Below are positions 1 to 12,589 of a DNA stretch of 64,000 bases, piece after piece (position 1 is the stretch's first letter; every line of letters begins with the position of its first letter). The position numbers and the translations under genes were made by a program. The stretch lies in NCBI GenBank assembly GCA_964106915.2, contig OZ066914.1; one strand, written 5' to 3'. This DNA comes from Podarcis gaigeae. Its lineage: Eukaryota. The notes beneath the pieces were generated by a model that ran no database searches, was not told the DNA's origin, and worked only from the letters and a program-made list of their open reading frames with translations.

Positions 1-5
1 GTACG

Positions 6-204
6 NNNNNNNNNNNNNNNNNNNNNNNNNNNNNNNNNNNNNNNNNNNNNNNNNNNNNNNNNNNNNNNNNNNNNNNNNNNNNNNNNNNNNNNNNNNNNNN
101 NNNNNNNNNNNNNNNNNNNNNNNNNNNNNNNNNNNNNNNNNNNNNNNNNNNNNNNNNNNNNNNNNNNNNNNNNNNNNNNNNNNNNNNNNNNNNNNNNNNN
201 NNNN
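6..204. other. Assembly gap (N run)
   Basis: Run of N bases. Confidence 0.99.
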
Positions 205-1147
205 TTAAAATATGTCGACTTATTGGTTGTTTACTATTATATTTTTACAGGGGGAAATTTCTGTTCCATAGTATCTTCTGTGAGCACTGTTACCATGCCT
301 ACTTTTGAGGGTTACCATGCAAGACTTTGTCATGCATTTGTGGACATATATATTGAAGTGTCTCCAGGAATGCCTTATTGATCACTGTGTGGATATATGT
401 GGCAAAGTATACACATGTACATCACGAAGACCGGACAAACAGGCTTTCTGCATGAAAGTGATCTTTTTTGGTAGCTTAAAAATACAGGCCCAGGCTTTCT
501 TGTTTTGATGCAATGAACAACTAGCTGGGACACAGGGTCCTTAAAATGCTTTTAAAAAACACACATCAGGATCACTCAAATTTTATTTTTCTGTATGTCT
601 GCAGTCCTATTGCTTGGGAGTTTTTTTCTGCTGAATTTGGTTGTGGCTCCGCCTCCCCCCGGCTGATGTCTTCTCGAGGCATCGCCATGACGACTAAAAG
701 ACCGCCTGAGATGATAACGAATGGTCAAAGTTTCCCTTCAGAGTGAACTCCAGCTGTTGCAAACTTCCCCCATTTATCTCCTCACAGTCTCAATTAGAGC
801 GATTGCACTTGGAACTGATTTCCTCCTGCCTCCTACCGAACAGATACGTCCACCTGTCGATTGGCATCCTTGCTTCATTACTTGTTGACAACTTGCAAAG
901 CAACTGTGCTCCGCTAACAAATTGCTTCTAATCATTTCCTTCCCTAACATTATCTCCACAGTCCTTCTGTGTGCAGACATATACTCAGCAGGCTGGGCTG
1001 CTTCCAGACGCTAAAGTGTGAATAGAGCAAGGACCTGCAGTTGTGTATTCTCATCCTCAATTCTCCACCATTAACTGACTATATATTATAAGCTGAGGCT
1101 GTTCTTTCTGCATCTCCACATCCCACAATGATAATGTGTGGATAATA

Positions 1148-1199
1148 TGATGGAATATGCTAGTTCATCTCCTTGATGGAATATGCTAGTTCATCTCCT
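1148..1199. repeat. Perfect 26-bp tandem duplication
   Basis: TGATGGAATATGCTAGTTCATCTCCT occurs twice, at 1148-1173 and 1174-1199. Confidence 0.95.
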
Positions 1200-1280
1200 C
1201 AAAATGAATTGCATATAAGCTTCCAGCCTTTAAAAAAAACAAAAAACACACCTATAATGATATTTGCTTTCTACGGTATA

Positions 1281-1497
1281 CAGTGGTACCTCGGGTTAAG
1301 TACTTAATTCATTCTGGAGGTCCGTTCTTAACCTGAAACTGTTCTTAACCTGAAGCACCACTTTAGTTAATGGGGCCTCCTGCTGCTGCCATGCTGCCGG
1401 AGCACAATTTCTGTTCTTATACTGAAGCAAAGTTCTTAACCCGAGGTAATATTTCTGGGTTAGCGGAGTGTGTAACCTGAAGCATATGTAACCTGAG
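1281..1497 (+). mobile_element. Tc1/mariner (Tigger-type) MITE, right end displaced by rearrangement
   Basis: Begins TA|CAGTGGTACCTCGGG and is collinear with the intact copies at 47171 and 53848, but stops at GTAACCTGAG before the right terminal inverted repeat (TIR). Confidence 0.9.
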
Positions 1498-1574
1498 ATT
1501 ATAATAATAATAATTTATTTATACCCCGCCCTAACCCAGAGGTGACTGGGGAAACCCAGCCAGATGGGCGGGGT

Positions 1575-1617
<43 letters not shown>
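1498..1617. mobile_element. L2 LINE 3' tail present in both orientations, with (TAA)n tail
   Basis: TTTATACCCCGCCC (minus) faces CTGGGGAAACCCAGCCAGATGGGCGGGGTAT(TAA)n (plus). Same family as 52148-52260. Confidence 0.8.
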
Positions 1618-1620
<3 letters not shown>

Positions 1621-1731
1621 CATAGAAGAAGTTTCATGGTTCTGTAATGCCACTTTGCACCAAAGGCACTGGAGAAGTACCATGATAGAAAAGGAAACTT
1701 TGATACTATGTGCACGTAGGAAATAAATATA

Positions 1732-1794
1732 CAGTGGTACCTCGGGTTACATACGCCTCAGGTTACATATGCTTCAGGTTACACACTCCGCTAA
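1732..1794 (-). mobile_element. Inverted right end of the Tigger-type MITE
   Basis: TA|CAGTGGTACCTCGGGTTACATACG...ACACACTCCGCTAA is the reverse complement of the MITE right end. Confidence 0.9.
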
Positions 1795-1810
1795 TGGTTA
1801 CACACCCTGC

Positions 1811-1905
1811 TGATGTTTTATTGTGTTTTTAATATTCTGTTAATAAAACATCAAACATTAAATGCTTCCCTAAACAGGGCCTTCAGATGTCTTCTAAAAG
1901 TCTGA
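1811..1905. mobile_element. L2 LINE 3' fragments (short plus piece, then minus piece)
   Basis: AATAAAACATCAAACATTAAATGCTTCCCTAAACAGGG..CCTTCAGATGTCTTCTAAAAG resembles the squamate L2 ORF2 end/3'UTR. 1811-1822 is the inverted copy of 1842-1853. Confidence 0.75.
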
Positions 1906-2575
1906 ATCTGTGAATCCTTAAATGCAACCCCTTTGGCACATTGGGTCAAATATAGTCACAGCTATTTTATGGAGTTTAGATGAAAAGGAAGCCTTTGGTA
2001 ACACCATAGCATGCCTGCATTTCCTCGTAGGGGGATCTGCTGCTTTAGTTGGATATTTTAGTGCTTATTCAGTGCTGTGGCCATTGTATAGCCCTGTATT
2101 ATCCGCCCGTCATCAGAAATATGCTCAGGGTGTTTATTTTTGAAGTATTTGTACTGGTTGTCTCTAGATACTGCCAGGAAGTAGTTATAATTGGTCGAGA
2201 GGGGGAAAGGTATTTGGAAATGGTTTGTCAGGATGCCAAGAGACATTGGCTGACCTACTGCAGCTAGATGCAACACAGCAGAGGGATGGGTGTGTTTTTA
2301 CAACCGTCCCCCGTACTTTCTTCCACCTCTGGCACATTCATCGCAAATAAAATATCATAGTTTGGCAACGCTCATTGAATGAAACATGTGCAATGAATAC
2401 GGTGCCTGCATTGTGCAGATTTACATTGTAGTCCATAGAACAGGTTGCACAGGTAAGCCTTGCCATCCCCTGTCCTGGCAGGGTCTGAGCACAGAATGAT
2501 TCTCCTCTTAGATAATTAAATATCCCCTGTTACCATCTGTGAAACCAAAGAGCAGACAGCACCAACACACTCTTC

Positions 2576-2711
2576 CAGGGGAAGCCAACATGATGCCCTC
2601 TAAACTTTACAAGCTACAGTTCCCATCATTCCTGCCTATCGGTCATGCTGGATGAAGCTAATGGGAGTTGGAGTCTAACAACATCTGGGGGAATAGCATT
2701 GGCTGCCCCTG
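2576..2711. mobile_element. hAT-type MITE (~135 bp), decayed
   Basis: Termini CAGGGGAAGCCAA...TTGGCTGCCCCTG and internal CTACAGTTCCCATCAT...ATGGGAGTTGGAGTC. Related to 40830-40965. Confidence 0.75.
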
Positions 2712-4352
2712 GACTTCTGTTAGGAAAGGTGTTACAGGCTGTCTGCACACTTCTACTGCAACCTATACCTAACAATGATACTGAGTATTATATGATGTGT
2801 GTGTGAGAGAGAGTGTGGACTCAGCTATACAGCTGCAAATAAAACGTTTTAAGTGTGTTGTAAAATGCATTATAAAAATACGACACCAGATGGTGATGGT
2901 GAGCTATGGCAAATTCAATATATTTTTCAAAACATTTTTAAGAAAAGCATTTTCACAACACTTTTAATATGTGTCTGGATTCCACCTGTGTGTGAGAGGC
3001 AGAGAAAGAGGAAGAGAGGGGCTGGAATGCACATTTGAAAATTAAATTCAGAAGGTGCTACATAACCAAACTCTGAGCTCCTGCTAGTAATTTATAGATT
3101 GAAACATTGAATGGCATGTAACATACATGATAATGACTGGGCAAGAATTAATCATCTCTAATAATTCATAGTTGGACCCCGATACACAAACTGTGAGAAG
3201 TCAGAAGGGAATATTAATAAGTCCTTTACATGTACCTAAACCCACAATGGTCTGCTGAATGATTGCTCTTCACAATCTTTACTTCCTTTCTTGCCCAGAT
3301 TCCATGGGAAGGCAAAGCTTGTTGATTTCCTCCTCCCACCAAAAACAGAAACAAAAAATCTAACTAAATAAAAGAGGGGGGTGATAAAATAAGTAAGACG
3401 TTTGACCTCTTAGTTCGGTGCCTTGCAATAATGAGATAATCATTTTTGCTGCTCAAATTGGAAATCTGAAGTTGTGCTCCACTGTGGCACATGGGATAGC
3501 ACAGTGCCAAGTTCCCCTGGTTCAAATGTATTCTGCGCATAAAAATTAGTTGCTGCAAATGGCATGATTGTCACAACATCGCAGCTGAAAAACTAGGCTT
3601 GGGGAAAGAAAGGGTGCATGAAGAAAAACATATATGTAGAAATACAACAAAAGACTCTGCAACAAAATGACCTGGAATATTTAATTAGCTGGTACTTAAT
3701 TGGGGACGGGGACGCTCAAAAGTTGCACTTTTCGATCCAGACATTTGCTGTAAAAGAAATCTAATGGATTTATTTTGCATATGAAATTGAACAGGGTGCT
3801 TGCGTTTATGTGAATGTTTGCACCAGACCTCCAGTGCACAATCCCAGTGCGTTTTTAACAGTCATCATATTTCCTTGGATTAATAGTATAAGAACTGGGG
3901 TGTGGTGGAGAGAAAGTTGACTCTGTTCAGTAACTGGAAGTTTGGGTGGGGGGTGGAGAATGTCATAATTCTTCCAGAATTTCATGGACCCAATATATTG
4001 GACAGTTCCCCTGAACAATTCACAGCCGAATGATTCATAGGTGTACAAAAGCACAGTCGTATGTTCTTGCGCTCAGCTGATGTATTCCAGAATCATACGC
4101 CATAATTCAACCCTATAACACATCAATCAGTTGCATGGTCATTTTGATCCTCACATTGGGCAAACTGGTAGGCTGATAATAGCACACATAGGGCTTTCCC
4201 ACTCTCCATTTGCACTGATAGGCATACCAAGTTCGGAAGGGGGCTACAGAGGTTGCCGTGCCATGAGATGTAGGGGGCTGGTATTAGAAGGGGAAATTGG
4301 CAATTAGACCACAAATTCATAGGCTTCTGTGATCCTTCCCACACTGCTTATT

Positions 4353-4450
4353 ATGAGCTTCCTATAGGCATCTGGTTGGCCACTGCAAGAACACAATACT
4401 CAACTAGATAGGCCTTTGGTCTGGTCCAGCAGGGCTCTTCCTTTGTTCTT
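4353..4450 (+). mobile_element. CR1 LINE 3' end
   Basis: GGCATCTGGTTGGCCACTG...CTAGATAGGCCTTTGGTCTGGTCCAGCAGGGCTCTTC..TGTTCTTA. The same tail occurs at about 10140-10230 and 28960-29045. Confidence 0.7.
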
Positions 4451-4902
4451 ACTAAGTTTCCATACTGCATGTGGGTTTCTTACAGTCTTCCCTGCTATAA
4501 AATTATCTAACATCACATTAGCTTATCATTGATATTTGTTCTTATTGAATATATGGGAGCCTTTTTTCCTCTGAAAGTGGGATAAAATGCTATGAATGAA
4601 TGAATGAATAAAATGGAGACTTGGGCAAAATTTTAAAGAAAGCTATCATAGTGGGCTATACGATGTGGATTTGTGGCTGGTTGACTGACAGAACCCAAAG
4701 ACTGCTCATCAATGGTTTTCTACAAATTGCATTTTCCACAGATTGACATTTGCTCCGGTTCAGGACTAAAGAGTGGGTTTTCCCAAGGAAAGTAGTTCAT
4801 CAAAGAGTAAACTGCTCAGACCCATGCGGAGAAAGCACAGGGCAACTGGAAAACCACTAAATCTTGTTCAAGGAATTACCAGGTGTTTCACCTGCCTAGG
4901 AA

Positions 4903-5206
4903 CATACCATCCAACTTTTTCAGACCCAAAACTGGGACGGGCATCTTCTGGGACGTGCGCCCAGGCAAGTCACATGACCAGCACCTTGCTCTCACTCCCA
5001 AAAAGTACTTATGGTGGGGCAAGATCTTGCAGGGTGCCCCAAAATGCACATTTTGGACACTGCACGAAATTACAGCCCTGTATAAGTACTTCTTGGGGTG
5101 AGAGCGCCATGCAAGAGTGCAAATGACCACAGGACCTAAATGGCCATCACAATTTCGCACAACGAAACAGGCTGTCCCATTTTTTCCAGGGCATTTGGAA
5201 TGTATG
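4903..5206. mobile_element. Palindromic non-autonomous DNA transposon (hAT-like MITE)
   Basis: Terminal CATACCATCCAA / TTGGAATGTATG, plus an internal inverted pair at 4988-5012 and 5082-5105. Confidence 0.65.
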
Positions 5207-5491
5207 TAATAAGCTGTCCTGATTACTACATTTTCTCACTGAGCCTTTTTTCACAGGTTGTGTACATTACATTGCAAAATCTGTAACTGTCATCCTGAAT
5301 ACTCATCTCATTTGTCCCTGTTATATCACACTAAAAGTGGCATGGATGTCATTAACAGCATCTCCCTAGTAGTGAGTAATTCCCTTAATTAGATAACTAA
5401 TAATTTGCCAGTGTCTAGGTAAATAAATAAATAAGCAAGCAAGCACCTTGTATCTCAGTCACAGCTGCACTTGTTTCAGGGAGAGGTACAT

Positions 5492-5800
5492 AAATAATAA
5501 TAATAAATAATAATAAATTTTCTTTATACCCCGCCCTCCCTGGCCAGAGCCGGGCTCAGGGTGGCTAACACCAGTAAAATTACAGTAAAAACATAATGGG
5601 GGGATTTTAAAATACAGGTTAAACTGCAATTTTAAATGCAGCCTCATTTTAAAAGTAGCCCATAGATCAAAACCATAAGGGGAGGGAAACATAGGGGTCA
5701 GACTGAGTCCAAACCAAAGGCCAGGCAGAACAGCTCTGTCTTGCAGGCCCTCAGGGTCCTAGTCTCTTGTGACAGAGTGTTCCACCAGGTCAGGGCCAAT
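5492..5800 (-). mobile_element. L2 LINE 3' fragment
   Basis: AT-rich tail next to TTTATACCCCGCCC. The minus-strand translation ends RACKTELFCLAFG, resembling the L2 ORF2 C-terminus. Confidence 0.8.
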
Positions 5801-5919
5801 GCTCCTCTGCATGCAGATTGTAAATTGAGTAATTTTGCATTAAAATTTGAACTGAATTTGTTCCCCATCTCTAACATAATGGAGCCCATCTCTTGGCTGC
5901 CAGTAATGAAACTGACCAT

Positions 5920-6235
5920 GGCCACATTTACACTTATCACTTGTAACAGTCAAGGCTGCCCTCAAATAATTCTGGGAGCTGTAGTTGGTTAAGGCTGCTG
6001 GGATTTGCTAGAAGACACTTTCTCTCCTCACAGAGCCACAGTTCAGGGAGATCCTTGTGAAAAGTGATTGATTGTTAGACCACTTTGGGAACTGTAGCTC
6101 TGGGAGAAGAACAGGAGTCTCCTAACAATCCTCAGTGCCCTTAACAAACTACAGATCCCGGAATTCTTTGGGAGAAAGCTTGTCTGCTTTCAGATGCTAT
6201 GATACTGCTTTAAATGTATGGCGCAAATGTGGCCC
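5920..6235. mobile_element. Palindromic MITE-like DNA element
   Basis: Termini GGCCACATTTACAC / GCGCAAATGTGGCC with internal inverted GGGAGCTGTAGTT / AACTACAGATCCC blocks. A relative lies at about 60386-60540. Confidence 0.65.
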
Positions 6236-9200
6236 ACCCCAGCTTAGCTTCAGCAAGGAAGCTGTTTCATGTGCCTCAAGACCATTCCCTAGGAGTCATA
6301 ATATTCCTGTCTGAAATACAAGCTCATTTCCCCCCCATCTAAAAAAAAACCTTTAAGGGAGCTTCCTAGAATATAATGTGAGAAAAAGGATAGGAAGTGA
6401 AAAAATATGTATCCAAGAGAGATGTTAATTCATATGAAGCCTGCTGTTCCAAAAACCAACCTTCTCACCAGGTCTCTCTTTAATTCTTTTTACATTTCTG
6501 AATGGGGGAAAAGGAGATCAGGCTACTGCATTTTGCTACAGTTTTCTGATTCCCCCCTCCCCCCTTCTCTCCAGCTAGCAGAATCGAGGGTCTCTTGGAA
6601 ATTTATTAACAATGACATTTAAACAACATAAAAGCCATTTCCATTCAATTAAATAAACACAGCATGTTAACCTTCAGTAAAAGAAGTATCCACTCTTTTT
6701 ATAGGCTGCTGTAAACAGATTTCTGGGCTTGAACAAAGCCAAAATCAATAAAGCCTCTGCAAACAATAATAATCTCATGCACACTCTATCGACAGCTGCC
6801 TAGAAAATATCGCTTGACTCTAACTGTCCTGATGATTGGGTGCTTTCCTGGTCTTTCCCTCTAAAGAGCAAGAGGTCTTTGGTGTCAAAGCACCAAATGG
6901 AAGCCAGAGAAACATGCAAAGCATTCCTCAAAGGAAAAGAAACAGGCTGGTTGGGATCTACCCTGCTGGGTCACTTTTGGTTCATGAACGAATGAGCAAG
7001 AGATCAGTTAAAACCTCGCACTAAGGCAGGGGTGGGGGGAGGGACCATTTTCAACTTCAGGGCTGCATTGTACCTTCCAGAGGCCATATACCATTGATGG
7101 AGAGGACCAGATGGAAATGTGGATGGAAAAATGCATGTGACTCTTTGGGTGGGATATGATGAATGACTCCCATCAGCAGAAGCCCTGCGGAAGAGGAGAT
7201 CGTTCTGTCTGGCAAACCGAAATGTTTGCTCTGACAGAATGACCACCTTCTTAGAATGACGTTGAATTTCTCCCTTCTGTCTGTATAGTGCGTTATGGTC
7301 CGGTCATGTAGAAGTCAGAGGCTTCTGCACTCATCCCACTATCCAGGCATGTATGCAAGGACCTATTCCAGCCCAGCAGGAGGAGCACTCAAGGAGGCAA
7401 CAGCCTGCAGGACAGGGGTGGTCTGGGATCAGTCCCAAAGGCCAAACAGAAAAGTTGAGGGGATACAATTGGCCACTGGACTCCTGCACTAAGTGTTTGT
7501 ACAAATTAGAATTGGGGGTAGGAACAGTAGCAAAAGTAGAGATCTATAGACATAAATATAAAATTATGTAAATGTCAAGTTTTCTCACCTCTGCACTTCC
7601 TGGCCATATAGTATTGTATAGACAACCACCCCCCATTTCCCCCCACTTTCAAGCTGGAGCTAAATGTAGGACAAACTGATGTGCATGAGAATGTGCCAGT
7701 AGCCACTTCTGCAAGAATTGCAGCCTGGGATTACCTGTAGAAGCCTACAAATTTCCACAGAAGCCTGGGAATTCCGTTTTTAAGGAATCCAACAGCTTGC
7801 TTTTTGTTGCTTGAAGCTGTGGTGCTTTATTGTTGTACCAAATGCAAAAACACACATGATATAAACTCATTAGGCAGCCTGGCCCCCTTTCTCAGGCTCA
7901 GCAATGCTGCCGTCTCCATTATCAATATAATAATATTGGCCTCGCTTACAAGACTGTTCAAGGACTGAGATAATGTAAAGAGCTTCTAGCATTTTGAATG
8001 TACTACATAAATGCAAGCTGTTGTTAGAATATAAATTCTGCTGGTATCAATTATTTAAATTTAAAGACTGTCTTTTGACCAAATCTGGCATCAACAGGCT
8101 TTCAACAATGGCATGCAATCCTGTGCACACTTACCTGGGAGTAAACCTTGCTGAATACCATGGGACTTACTGCTCTGAATGAACATGCATGTCTCTATCA
8201 TATCTAACGATCACATTGAGTACAACTGTATACTGCAGACTTTTTCAGCTTGGCTCATTAGCTAAAGACTGCTTAATAAAAAACAAATCACTGAGCGAAA
8301 AAACAAAACAAAATATATAAACATATATGCAAATGTTTGCTTACTAACATCTCAGTGCTCAACACTGTTACTTGGACATACTCCCACTTGAATTGCAGGA
8401 AGTAATAATGACTAAGCCACACACTGTCATACTGTAAGTGCCTTGGGGCAGGCTCCTGTTGACTCTGTAGAGCTCCATGTACTTTGCCTGTGCTACACAA
8501 TTGGGATGATGACTGTGGATCATGATGATGAAGAGCAGAAGGAGTTAGTCCACATCATCACAGCTTAGCAATTACAACTTAAGTTATTTCAAAGTTCTTT
8601 CAGGGAAAACACTGCCTATGTTCTACAATTTTGTGTGTATGGTGGGGGAGAGTTAACTGTTTCGTTCTTGCTGTTTTACAATTTTGTGATATTTTGCTTG
8701 CTTATGTGCTATTCTGTGCTGTTGTAGAGCTCTGTTATTGTTGTTAGCTGCATGTGTGTGTGTTTTCCTTATAGAAATGTGCGGTGAAGATAATATTAAT
8801 ATTAATAATATGAACGTTCAACACAATTATGGGTTCTTCTGCACAGTACGTCACATCTTATTTAGAAGCTGATTTACAGTTGGAGTCCTTTTGAAGCCCC
8901 TTGCAGAAGAAGCACCTGCCATCATAGCTGGAGGTAAGCAATGACCTAATCGAAACACACCATATGGCAGATAATGAAGAAAAGAAGTCAACTTGGAATG
9001 CAGGCTGGTTTGTTTGTTTTTTGGTTTTTTTGGGGTTTTTTTACTATTTAGTACCTGCAGCATGTCAGGGAAGCGGTTTGGGAACTTGCTGAACACCTAC
9101 TTTCCCCCAACATTGATTCTTATCTTTGCACTAATCCTAACGAATTTACTTTCCATGCATAACGATATCATCTAGGTTTCCAGGAGGCAACTCAGCATTA

Positions 9201-9569
9201 GCAAAATCAATCATTAAAACAAATTGCTACCCACAATCTCACAATCAGAATCCTGGTGGGGGTAGATATTTTCATGAAAGCTCATTCCTAAATTGCCTTG
9301 ATGGATGTTGAAAGAGAATGTTTCGTGGGCAGCAGTAAAGGAATTAATTTGTGTCTCCTGGACACAAATGCACTATCTATTGCATCTGCCTCTTCACTGC
9401 CCCTCAGTTTCATTAGGCACTGCTGGTCTTCCAATTTGTCACTTCAGGGCTGTTTGCTTGGCAGCTAGTCCACGTTAAATTTGGGTTGAAAGGAAGGCAT
9501 TGCTTTGTCATGGCCAATTGCGTCGTCCCAATGATGATGATGATGAGCACCTTGATCAAATTGGGAGGG

Positions 9570-9720
9570 TCATATGTGCTTAGTGGCAGCACACAAATTT
9601 TGCATACAGAAGGTTTCAGGATGAAACCTTGACATTTCTGGTTAAATGGAGAAGTTGAAGCTACTGCTGTCAACCAGAGTAGAGACCACCCAGCTAAATG
9701 AACCAATTCATGGATCTGGT
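9570..9720 (+). mobile_element. Decayed Squam3-like tRNA-derived SINE
   Basis: TAGTGGCAG..TTTGCATACAGAAGGTTTCAGG head with similarity to 62470-62660. Confidence 0.5.
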
Positions 9721-9974
9721 TTGCATGTTAACAGCAAGCCAAACACACAAGCATGTGGGTAGGTATTCTCAGGGGGAAATCATGGCCATTTTGTGCCTCC
9801 TCTGGTCCTGCTATTGCCACCCTTCCAAAAGCTAAGCCATGATTTGGCTTAGCATTACATCCATGCCAAACATGAATTTTGGAATATTCAGGACCGACAA
9901 ACGTAGGCATTTCTCCATAAAAACACACAGATAAAACAACTGAATTCACTATCAGAAGATGTAGTACTGGGCAC

Positions 9975-10232
9975 CCACTTGAATGGCTTTAAAGGGGGAT
10001 AAGACACAATCACAGAGGATAGGGCTATCATTGGCTACCTGGTAGCTCCCTTATCAAAGAGAGTGTGCCCCCTGAAAATCAGTTGATGGGAATTGCAATT
10101 GGACAGGGTGCTGTTGTACTCAGGTCCTGCTTGTGGGCTTCCCTAGGCATCAGGATGGCCACTGTGAGTGCAGGATCCTGGAGTCGATGTGCATCTGGCC
10201 TGATCCAGATATGCATTTGACCTGATCTTATG
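9975..10232 (+). mobile_element. CR1 LINE 3' fragment
   Basis: ATGGCTTTAAAGGGGGATAAGACA..GAGGATAGGGCTATCA..GGCCTGATCCAG..TCTTATGTG. Confidence 0.65.
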
Positions 10233-10429
10233 TGCATACACAGAAAGACCAGTTGGTAGAATCACTCCAGGCTGTGGGTCTGGGAGAGTGGTACATGTTA
10301 AATAAAAACAAACAAGAAAAATAATGAGCACGCCAGGGGGACAGACTATTTTCCAATACTTGTGCTAGTTTGTTTTCTACCTTGCAGGGAGATAATCATA
10401 CAGTGGAGCCACCAAGTTTGCCACCTCAT

Positions 10430-10582
10430 GCCTTATACTAGGCCTTAGAAAGCACTGCTAGTCACCATCTTGCTATATTTCCCAGCACCTGCTGCTTGTA
10501 ATATTTTCACTCAAGGTGTTAGAGATTGAACCTGGGGTCTTCCTCACGCAAAACATATACCTTGCTGCTGAGCTCTGGCTCT
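10430..10582 (-). mobile_element. Decayed tRNA-derived SINE
   Basis: GATTGAACCTGGGGTCTTC..CAAAACAT..CTGAGCT is the reverse of a tRNA-like head with B and A boxes. Confidence 0.5.
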
Positions 10583-11860
10583 TTATCCATCTCTACAAAT
10601 CATTCTATGCATGTGCTTTATCCTCTCCCCAAAGAAATCCAATTTCATACTGGAAAGAACACTTGCTGTACGTTGGTCCAAATTGTAATTGTAAAAAAAG
10701 ATCCCGCGACAGGCTTTCCATATCCTTCCTTGGAAAACTCCCCCCCCCCCCCAGTTGTGCTGAAAGGTTAAAAAGTGTCCCTATTATTAAATCTAAAGAT
10801 GCAATCTACCACCGTTAAAATCCTTGTGAGTTTTGCCACTGACTGCAATGACAGCTGAATTGCATTCTGCTATTTTTCTTCTCGCAATTTAAAGCTATTT
10901 AAATTGCACCACAATCAGCATTTGTGTTTCCTCCACGGCTGCTACATATTTGTGGCATCTGGCTGTATTTAACTTCACTTAAGCCTTATCCCTGGGTAAC
11001 TCTGGTATTGTGTCTCCTGGTCCATCTTCTGCCCCTTGCATGCAGCACTGGATAACAGGTTCTAATCCATTAAGAGTGTCTGCATATGGAGAGGATTGCC
11101 TCGGCACAAGGAGTTGGGCTAGATAACCTTCCAGCCCCGTTCCCTGCCAGCCCCTTGATTCTGTGCAGCCGTGTTCAGATATGCCATTATCATGTTTCCC
11201 TTTCAAACATTCCTTTCTTAGGCTAACAGTCCTATAGCGGGATTAGTAAGAGGCTTCCCAATGGCCTAAATTGCAGCAAGCTGTTGTTCTTTGTTGAAAG
11301 TGGCAGGGGTTCCCCTCCCTATAAACAAGACAGCAAAATCGTCTAGAGCAGGTCTGAGACACAAAGCATGTCCCCAAAGATGCCATTGTATTGGATGGAG
11401 GGAGCATCCTGATTCTTCGACAAAACATGCCACTTTCTAAAGCAATGAAGAGCAGGTGATGCCACACCACTCTTCTCCTCTTCACCCCTCAACCAAAAAA
11501 CCATTAGTGAATTTTTCATTAGGGAATTTTTTTTCAAAACTCTGCTGAAATATCCACAACTGTAGGAGCTCCAAAGATTGTCACCATGATCGTGGAAATT
11601 GCAGAGGAATTTTGTCATGTTCCATTAGCTCCTGTATTTGGGTACAGGTTTATTAAATGCACACATTACTTCCAACTAAAAGAAAAAGAAGTCCCAAAAT
11701 GATTTGCTACAGAAGAGAGACTGCTGGAACCACCAAGGCCAGCTTTTCCACTGCCTTGCCCCCTGCTTGAGACCCTTATAAAGAGGACCTGCTGTCTAAG
11801 TATTTACTCTGGCTATCTCTAACAGCCCCTTTGCCTTTTGAGCAAGAATATGAATGTACT

Positions 11861-12007
11861 CAGTGCATTTTTTCTTTAAAAAAGTGTTTAGGGGTACTCT
11901 CATTTTCCTACTCATATTGAAATACTGCCCCTCAATGAGGCCAAACTTAGATTCACAAAATGTTTAGGGGTGTGCTTACCCCTGCATCCCCCCAGAAAAA
12001 AGCACTG
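11861..12007. mobile_element. hAT-type MITE
   Basis: TIRs CAGTGCATTTTTTCT / AGAAAAAAGCACTG and an internal repeat TGTTTAGGGGT x2. The flanking 8-mers are only partly similar. Confidence 0.75.
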
Positions 12008-12073
12008 AATCCATTTCATTTTAAATATAGTTTTTAAATGTTAAGATTTTTTTTATACTTAGTTTTTATAATA

Positions 12074-12226
12074 CAGGCACCTCCTCACTTGCATGTGAGT
12101 AGCCTGCAGGTTACTGCTGATGCGTGCCATTTTGGCACCAAAAGGGGGCAGGGGCAGAACAGGGTGGAATGGGGTGGGGCGGCAGAAGCTGGGAATGGAA
12201 GCCCCCTGTAAATGAGGATTCCCCTA
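12074..12226. mobile_element. Decayed Tigger-like MITE
   Basis: TA|CAGGCACCTCCTCACTTGCA ... TGTAAATGAGGATTCCCCTA|TA imperfect TIRs. Confidence 0.5.
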
Positions 12227-12589
12227 TATGCACTTTCTGTATTCAAATTTGTGTGTTATTTTTGTGAGTTGTCTTGGGGGGAGGGGGTTGGCCAGAAGGT
12301 GGTATATACATAAACAGTAACATTGCATAACATTTGAAACCAAAATAGAAAAAAAGGTAATAAAATCATGTACACATATGAAAAACAGATTAACAATGCC
12401 ATGTCATATTTTACCACCAGCACTGCACAAATGCATGGGGGGCGGGGTTGGAATTTCCCTAGCGCTGAAAGGAGAGAAGCCTATGGGGGTCATGATGGGC
12501 TTATAGGATCATGGAGTTGAGCTTCTGAATGTCATTAGCACACACACCTCCTGCCTTTTCTTCCCATGATTTGTGCGCTGGTGAATGAG

